A stretch of DNA of 64,000 nt, from positions 3,906,001-3,970,000 of the forward strand of contig OX597840.1 of assembly GCA_951406725.2 (NCBI GenBank), written 5' to 3'. Below are positions 56,021-64,000 of this stretch, in pieces (the stretch's first letter is position 1; every line of letters starts with the position of its first letter). A program made the position numbers and the translations under genes. This DNA comes from Octopus vulgaris (lineage: Eukaryota). The notes under the pieces were generated by a model. The model worked only from the letters and a program-made list of their open reading frames with translations. It searched no databases and was not told the DNA's origin.

Positions 56021-56192
56021 AGAGAGACAAACAATTATGCAATGCAGTACAAAGATACTTAATTTCACCTGATTCAATCTAAATTTGGCGACATAATGAA
56101 TGGCAAAGCTTTTAAAAAATAGCTAAATTTAGATTAAATTAAATGAAATCAAATGTCCTTGTACTGCATTGATTAATTGCTTGTCTCTCCTC
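56021..56192. repeat. Imperfect inverted repeat next to (TA)n
   Basis: gagagacaaacaatta..caatgcagtacaaag..aatctaaattt / aaatttagatt..cttgtactgcattg..taattgcttgtctctc. Confidence 0.7.
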
Positions 56193-56354
56193 ACTACTTT
56201 AACCTATACCTACTGACTCAAAGGGATGCCACATCTAGCCGGTTTCGAACAAGACAATCACCCAACCACAACTTCAACCGTAGTTCTAACTGGAAATTTG
56301 GTGGCACGCCTATTTGAGCATTCAGAATGCATACCTATTACTGACGAAAACTCC

Positions 56355-56602
56355 TTATATCCTATATATGTATCCGCTCAGTCGAAGTCGACTCTCGGTT
56401 ATTCGTTGGATCAGTGTTCTCCAGTCAGTTCTTTCCTGGGCCGCTTCTTTCAGATTGGGTATGTCCATTCCAGTATCACTCTTGATGGTGTCAAGCCAGC
56501 GGGTTCTTGGTCGGCCTCTTCCTCTATTGCCACTGACCATTCCGAGCATGATGTCCTTCTCCAGGGATTTTCTCCGCATAATATGACCGAAATATGCCAA
56601 TC
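56355..56602 (-). mobile_element. RTE/BovB-like LINE 3' fragment
   Basis: [70 protein letters not shown]. Confidence 0.88.
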
Positions 56603-56655
56603 TATATATATATACATATATATATATATATACACATATATATATATATATATAC

Positions 56656-56729
<74 letters not shown>

Positions 56730-56732
56730 ATA

Positions 56733-56786
<54 letters not shown>

Positions 56787-57586
56787 CTATCAGCTATCAA
56801 TCTCGGAAGGATGAAAGACAAAGTCGACCTAGCAGTTTTGTAACCTTATTTGCACCTCCTCGACTTCAGGAATATTATGGTCAGCATCGAATAATATCAT
56901 CACCAGAGTCCTTCATCCAGCGGCGACCACCGCAATGCATTGGTTCGAGAGGACAGCCTCCCCTTCCGCTCACTACCTGGAGATTTTGCATTCGTACTTA
57001 TCGTACCTTATACTTTAATACAGCATAGTACAATACAATTTACCATTGCACAGAGTCAAAAGTCAAGGCTAATCAATATGATCGATAGTTTGTTGCTAAT
57101 CATTTTACAGGTATTGCTAATTTTCACGAGAAAATATAGGAACAGTTCCAAGTAACCTCATTTGGCCAAGGCGACTATAAATCTAAGTCTTATTTGCTAT
57201 TAAAAATAATCAAAGATATAATAAAGATGCCAGAATTTAATGTATCGATAGAAATTTGGCTTCTATGATATTTTAAAACTCGGTTTTAACACATTCATTG
57301 AAAAATTGCTCACAGAAGAGAGAAAAAACTTTTGCTGTTGTTGTCCTTGTTTTTGTTTTTGCGGTATTTTGTTTGTTCGCTTTTTGTTGTTGTTTTTTTC
57401 TCCAGTTTCGAAAATAATTTTTAATTCAAAATTTCAAATTCACTAAAAAAAAAATGTGTAACATATATGGGTTTATAAGTATGTCTGTATGTGTGTGTAT
57501 GTGTGGAAATGTCTGTACGATTGTATGCAAGCATAAACACCTGTATATATTTACATATATTTATGCTCATAAATATACACACACAA

Positions 57587-57617
<31 letters not shown>

Positions 57618-57800
57618 CATATATGCTTATACAAATAAGTATATACATACGTATATACGTATATATAAATATGCATATATGTCTAAAGTCATATATACAT
57701 ACATATATAAGTTAGTATACGCATAAATATCCAAATTATATATGTGTGTGTGTGTGTGTATGTACATATATAAATATGTATATATATATATATCGTCATT

Positions 57801-57833
<33 letters not shown>

Positions 57834-58018
57834 TTATATATATATGTATATATATGCGTGTGTATATATGTATACACACGCACATTCACTTATATATGTA
57901 TATATGCATATATATGCATATATGTAAATAAAAATATGTGTGAGCCTATGTCTGTCTGTGTATATGTATATATATATATATATACATATATGTATATATA
58001 TATGTGTGTGTGTATACA

Positions 58019-58059
<41 letters not shown>

Positions 58060-58197
58060 GAATATTATATACGCATACATAATGTTGAAATATATGCACA
58101 TGCCTGTATCTAGAGAGAGACAAATACACATATAATTTATATGTACACATGTCTGCATATACATGTGCATATGTTTGTCAGTTTACGTGCGGTTGTG

Positions 58198-58293
<96 letters not shown>

Positions 58294-58883
58294 CTTTTTC
58301 TTTATTTTTCCTCAAGTTTGAAAAAGCTACTTACAAACAGGTTGAAAAATCACTCGAAGAAGTAAATATTTTGTTTCTAGGTTTTTGGGGTTTTTTTTAC
58401 CTGAAACTTCAAATTTTCAAATTTCAAATTCAGAATCCGAAACCAGCAATGTAATATATCTCGTTTCGTAATTGACAGTTCGAGGATTGCTGTTATTTAT
58501 TTACCTATATACTTTTTATTAACATTTTGAGGGAAAAAATACATTATTTTATAAATAACATTAATAGATAATTTTTTGGTTTGTTTTTACAAATAATTCT
58601 TTTCGTTTAGTGAGAATATATTTTTAAAACAGAGCTATTGTGATTGTTTAGAATAAGGTCAGGCTTTATTGAATGAAAACATGCCAAGCGTGGCTATCAC
58701 CTCTGTTCTGTAGACAATGCATCGAGTACTAATCGCGAGAATTAGCAATTATTTCGCGTCAGGGACTTTAAGCTAGTGTCTTCTACTCGAAGACACTTGC
58801 TCGAGGAACTTGCTCAAGGTGCCTTATGGAAAAGCCTTGAGAGTGGATTTGGTTGCCGGAAACTGAAAGAAGCCCATCATGTG

Positions 58884-58934
<51 letters not shown>

Positions 58935-58936
58935 TA

Positions 58937-59395
<459 letters not shown>

Positions 59396-60565
59396 GTTTT
59401 TTTCATTTGTGTTTGTCTCCCGCCACCGCTTGACAGGTGGTGTTGGTGTGTTTACGTCCCTGTATGTACAAACCTGTAAACAAAAGCAGGCTAACAGCGG
59501 CTACCACGTCTCTTTGAACAATATATCTAACACCAAGTCTATGCAGTGTATTCTTTTTTCAAGACGATAGAGTGTAGTCTTAGGAAGATTTATTTACTAT
59601 TTCTTGATACTATGTACAGTTTCCTATGCTGTCATTTGTTCCAGAAGTTCTTACTGTTTTGCTTAAGTCTTTCGCTCCCTGAAAAACGTAGGCAATTGAT
59701 TTCTTTCCTTCACTGTTCTCGTGGCCGGTCAATCTTTTCTGTTTCTTTCCAGTTCGATCCTTGTTTTTTCCTTACAGCTTCCTTTCGGATTTTGCTGCAC
59801 TGTTTCATATGTTCCCCTGAGGGAAGGCCTTTCTATCCCAGATTTTGTTGGTTTTGAATTGCCATAAATATTTATGCAACTTTGATTTTAATAGATTGGG
59901 ATTCTGACTCTACACAAACCCATTTTTACCTCTTAGAGGTAGTCGATACTTATCTGGCTCCCTCTATCCTGTGACACGCCCATCATACTTCCTATGGAGC
60001 ATAGACCTTCAACAACTTATACCATTTGTCCTCAACTTTAGGCAATCTTTTCTGCTTCATTCTAGTTGGATTCCTTGTTTTATCTTGCTGCTCCCTTTCG
60101 GAATTTGCTAAACTATTTCATGTTTCCATGAGGAAAGGCCTTCCTTTCTTTCCTCTTCTTAGTTTTGAATTGCCATTGAAGTTTCTATAACTAAGTGGGG
60201 TTTTTTTTAGGTAGAGACGTTGAACCAATGCAAACCAATCTTTATCTCTGGAAAGAGGTGGTCCATATTAATTTGGCTTCTATCCTTTGACCTCTCCTAC
60301 ATGCAAAGCTCTATAAAGTGCTTGTGAACCCCTTACATTGTTCTCAGGGTCACACCACCAAAAGGATTGGACCTTGTTGTGGATGTAAGGTTTGTAGGAG
60401 CTAGGTTAGATATGGCTGGTCGCTAACCACTCCACAATAACCTGGTATGACCGGACTACACGGTTTTGAGGGAGATAATAGCAGGTTTCCAAAGACCTAT
60501 GACAGAATTTGTCGTCACCCGAAAGGAAGAATATCCAACATATCCTTCTTTATTTTGAAATTTTG

Positions 60566-60634
60566 TGGCGCGGCTGTGTGGTAAGAAGTTTGCTTACCAA
60601 ACACATGGTTCTGGGTTCAATTCACCTTCAGCAA

Positions 60635-60679
<45 letters not shown>

Positions 60680-60992
60680 TTTATTTATATATATTTATAT
60701 ATGTGTGTATACACACGTATATGTGTGGGTGTATATACACTTACATAAATATATGTGCGTGTGTGTCTTTGTATTTGGGTTTGTTCACCACAATCGTTTG
60801 ACCACCGGTGTTGGTATGTTTACATCCTTGTAACTTAGCGATTCGGCAAAAGAGACCGATAGAATAAGTACTCGACTTTAAAGAAAACGTAAATACTGAG
60901 GTCGGTTCGTTGGGTTAAGATGCTTCAAGGCGGTGCCCCAGCATGGCCACAGTGTAATGTCTGAAACAAAGAAAAGATAAAAGATAAAAGAC
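60566..60992 (+). mobile_element. SINE family A with internal deletion
   Basis: ggcgcggctgtgtggtaagaagtttgct..taacttagcgattcggcaaaagagaccgatagaataagtac..ggcggtgccccagcatggccacag. Confidence 0.85.
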
Positions 60993-61299
60993 AATTCTTT
61001 GAGGAAGATTTGCCTACTGTAGAGGCTCCCACGCAGAGGTTCCCTCGCGGTGGCTCCTTCTTAGGACCTTCCCCGTAGAGGTTCCCTCGGTGGTTGGCAA
61101 TAATCTTAAGTATTCAGATTAACAAAATCGACAGAAGAACTGAAAACCAGATAATGTTTTATAGCATCGAATTCTCTGCGTCATAGCTTTCGCCATTCAA
61201 ATCTTATTGGTTTCGATTTTCGTTTTTATATCCGTCCGCGATCAATTAAATATCTATCAGTAATGGACTGATTGATTCGGTTCGATTGACTATAAAAGT

Positions 61300-61471
61300 A
61301 AATTGTCGTAAACACCACATCGCCATAAACCAGCATCACTATAAACCCGCTTTGCTATAAACCCACTTACTATGAACTTATATGGCTATACACCACCACC
61401 TTACTGTATACACACACATTGCTATATACAGCTATACCTATACAAACAAATATATGTGTGTGTATATATAC

Positions 61472-61515
<44 letters not shown>

Positions 61516-61671
61516 GTGTATATATATATACATATATACATATGTGTATATATATATATATACATATATACATATGTATATATATATATACATATATACA
61601 TATGTGTATATATATATATATATATACATATATACATATATATTTACACATGTATGTGTATACATGTGTAA

Positions 61672-61718
<47 letters not shown>

Positions 61719-62330
61719 TCATTACACGTCCACGTCGTAATACACTGAGTTTGCTATATATATATCATCGTTGCTATACACCTTCGTTGTTATACATTCA
61801 CGTTGCTATACACTCACATTGTCATACACTCACATTGTCAGACATTTCCATGTACATTCTTTTATAACTATAAACACTCGCTGCTTTAAGCATACATTCC
61901 TACATTTATATACACCCTAATCGCTATACACATGCATAGCTATGCACATCCACAGTGCCATACATCTAAGTTGCTCTAAACATACTTTGTTATACACCCC
62001 ATCGCTATACACTCATATTGGTATGAACGCATAAACACATATTGCTATACACGCACGTTGCTCTAAAGACACATTCTTATACACTCACATCGTTATACAC
62101 CCACGCTTTTGCTATACAACTACGTCGCTCTAAATACATATTACTATATACCCACATTGTTATACAATAATATTTCTATACACTCACATTGTTATACATC
62201 CTCGTTGTTCTAAACACACATTGCAATAAACGTACATGGTTATACACACCCAGTATCATAAAATCCATATTGCTGTATACCAACATCACTATACACGCTC
62301 TTTGCTATACATCTACACTGATATACACCC
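61300..62330 (+). repeat. Degenerate ~19-bp minisatellite (gctatacacNcacatt-like), interrupted by (TA)n
   Basis: Dozens of ttgctatacac/gttatacac units. Confidence 0.7.
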
Positions 62331-62486
62331 GCTTCAGTATTTTTTTTTATACCAACGTCTCTACAAATAAATATCGCTTGTGTACAGAGAAAAGAAACAA
62401 AACGAATATTATTATATTATAGCCTCGTGCTTTATAAACACATGAGTATTTATTATACGTACTTATGCACATAAAGTAGTAAGCTA

Positions 62487-62565
<79 letters not shown>

Positions 62566-62597
62566 TGTGTGTCTGTGTGTGTGTGTCTGTGTGTATG

Positions 62598-62635
<38 letters not shown>

Positions 62636-63004
62636 ACACATTCATATATATATATATATATGTGCGTGTGTAAGAATTCAGAGGCATATGCATATATACA
62701 TATACGTATATGCACATATAAACATGTGAGTATATATATATATATATATATACATATATATTGCACTAAAATGCGTGTGTGTGTGTGTGAGTGTGCCCGT
62801 AAGTATGTTTATATACGGATGCACACACACACAAACAAAGACACACAGAGACACGCACAGACACACACACACACACACACACAGCACACTCACACACATA
62901 TATATATATATATATATACTGCTATCTATATGTACATGAAATTGATACGAGTAAGGTTATATATTTTAGCATATTTATAATTGTGAAGCACAAAGACAAA
63001 AAGT

Positions 63005-63113
<109 letters not shown>

Positions 63114-63453
63114 CGTAGACATTCATCTAGCGGCAAAATATGGATATATTAAACAAGGGCAATGATTCTTCCTAATGTTGACGTTAATACAATATGGCCG
63201 CTATTAATAAAATAGACTGCATATTTTCAGAAAATCTTACTGCTACAAGGAAGTCTAAGGCATTTATTAATGAAAAAACATTGATTACACAGCGTGTTTT
63301 ACGAAAAGAATGTTCTGAGTCTCGTTATTACCTTAGGATAAATCACACGCACACACACACACATGTACAGGCATGACACATACAAACTGATACATACATA
63401 TATACATACATCTATAGATATATACATACGTATATATATATATAGAGATACAT

Positions 63454-63523
<70 letters not shown>

Positions 63524-63728
63524 ACATACATATATACATACATATATATATATATACATATATATAAATATATACGTATATATATGTTTACATGTGGGTT
63601 GTAGATATACATTATATTGAAATTATACATATATTTTACGTATATACATATGCGTGAGTTATAGATATACTTTAAATTGAAATTATATAGATATATATAT
63701 TACGTGTATATATGCACATATATATATA

Positions 63729-63800
<72 letters not shown>

Positions 63801-63956
63801 TATTTATGTAAGTATATTAAAACAATTCATATATACACCTCTGTGTGTTTGTGTGTTCAATTAAATATTATAAAAGTATATTTTATATACATATATACAT
63901 CACCTATGTATATTTGTATATAAATATAACCATATACAGCATATATATATATATGG

Positions 63957-63996
<40 letters not shown>

Positions 63997-64000
63997 GTAT

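Overview
Eukaryotic, very AT-rich, microsatellite-saturated DNA. The repeat families look like octopus/coleoid cephalopod (inference from recalled families, not a database search). Only one host exon is supportable: a 211-nt WAP-domain exon of an anosmin-1 (KAL1/ANOS1)-like gene at 5065-5275 (+). The rest is best read as intron, filled with three SINE families, LINE fragments (CR1-like, RTE, R4/Dong-like, Tx1-like), Helitron/Helentron-like elements and simple repeats. Nearly all listed ORFs are microsatellite artefacts. The most striking unexplained structure is a set of short elements embedded in (TA)n tracts. Several form long hairpin palindromes, two with 3-nt loops, and several carry type I hammerhead ribozyme motifs of the kind known from Penelope-like retroelements. 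Four of them share a 3' module whose helix covaries between copies, a candidate structured RNA I cannot assign to a known class. Also notable are head-to-tail SINE multimers with a recurrent junction, a SINE-head-derived 40-bp minisatellite and a 36-bp templated insertion. Element boundaries were read by eye and are approximate unless stated.
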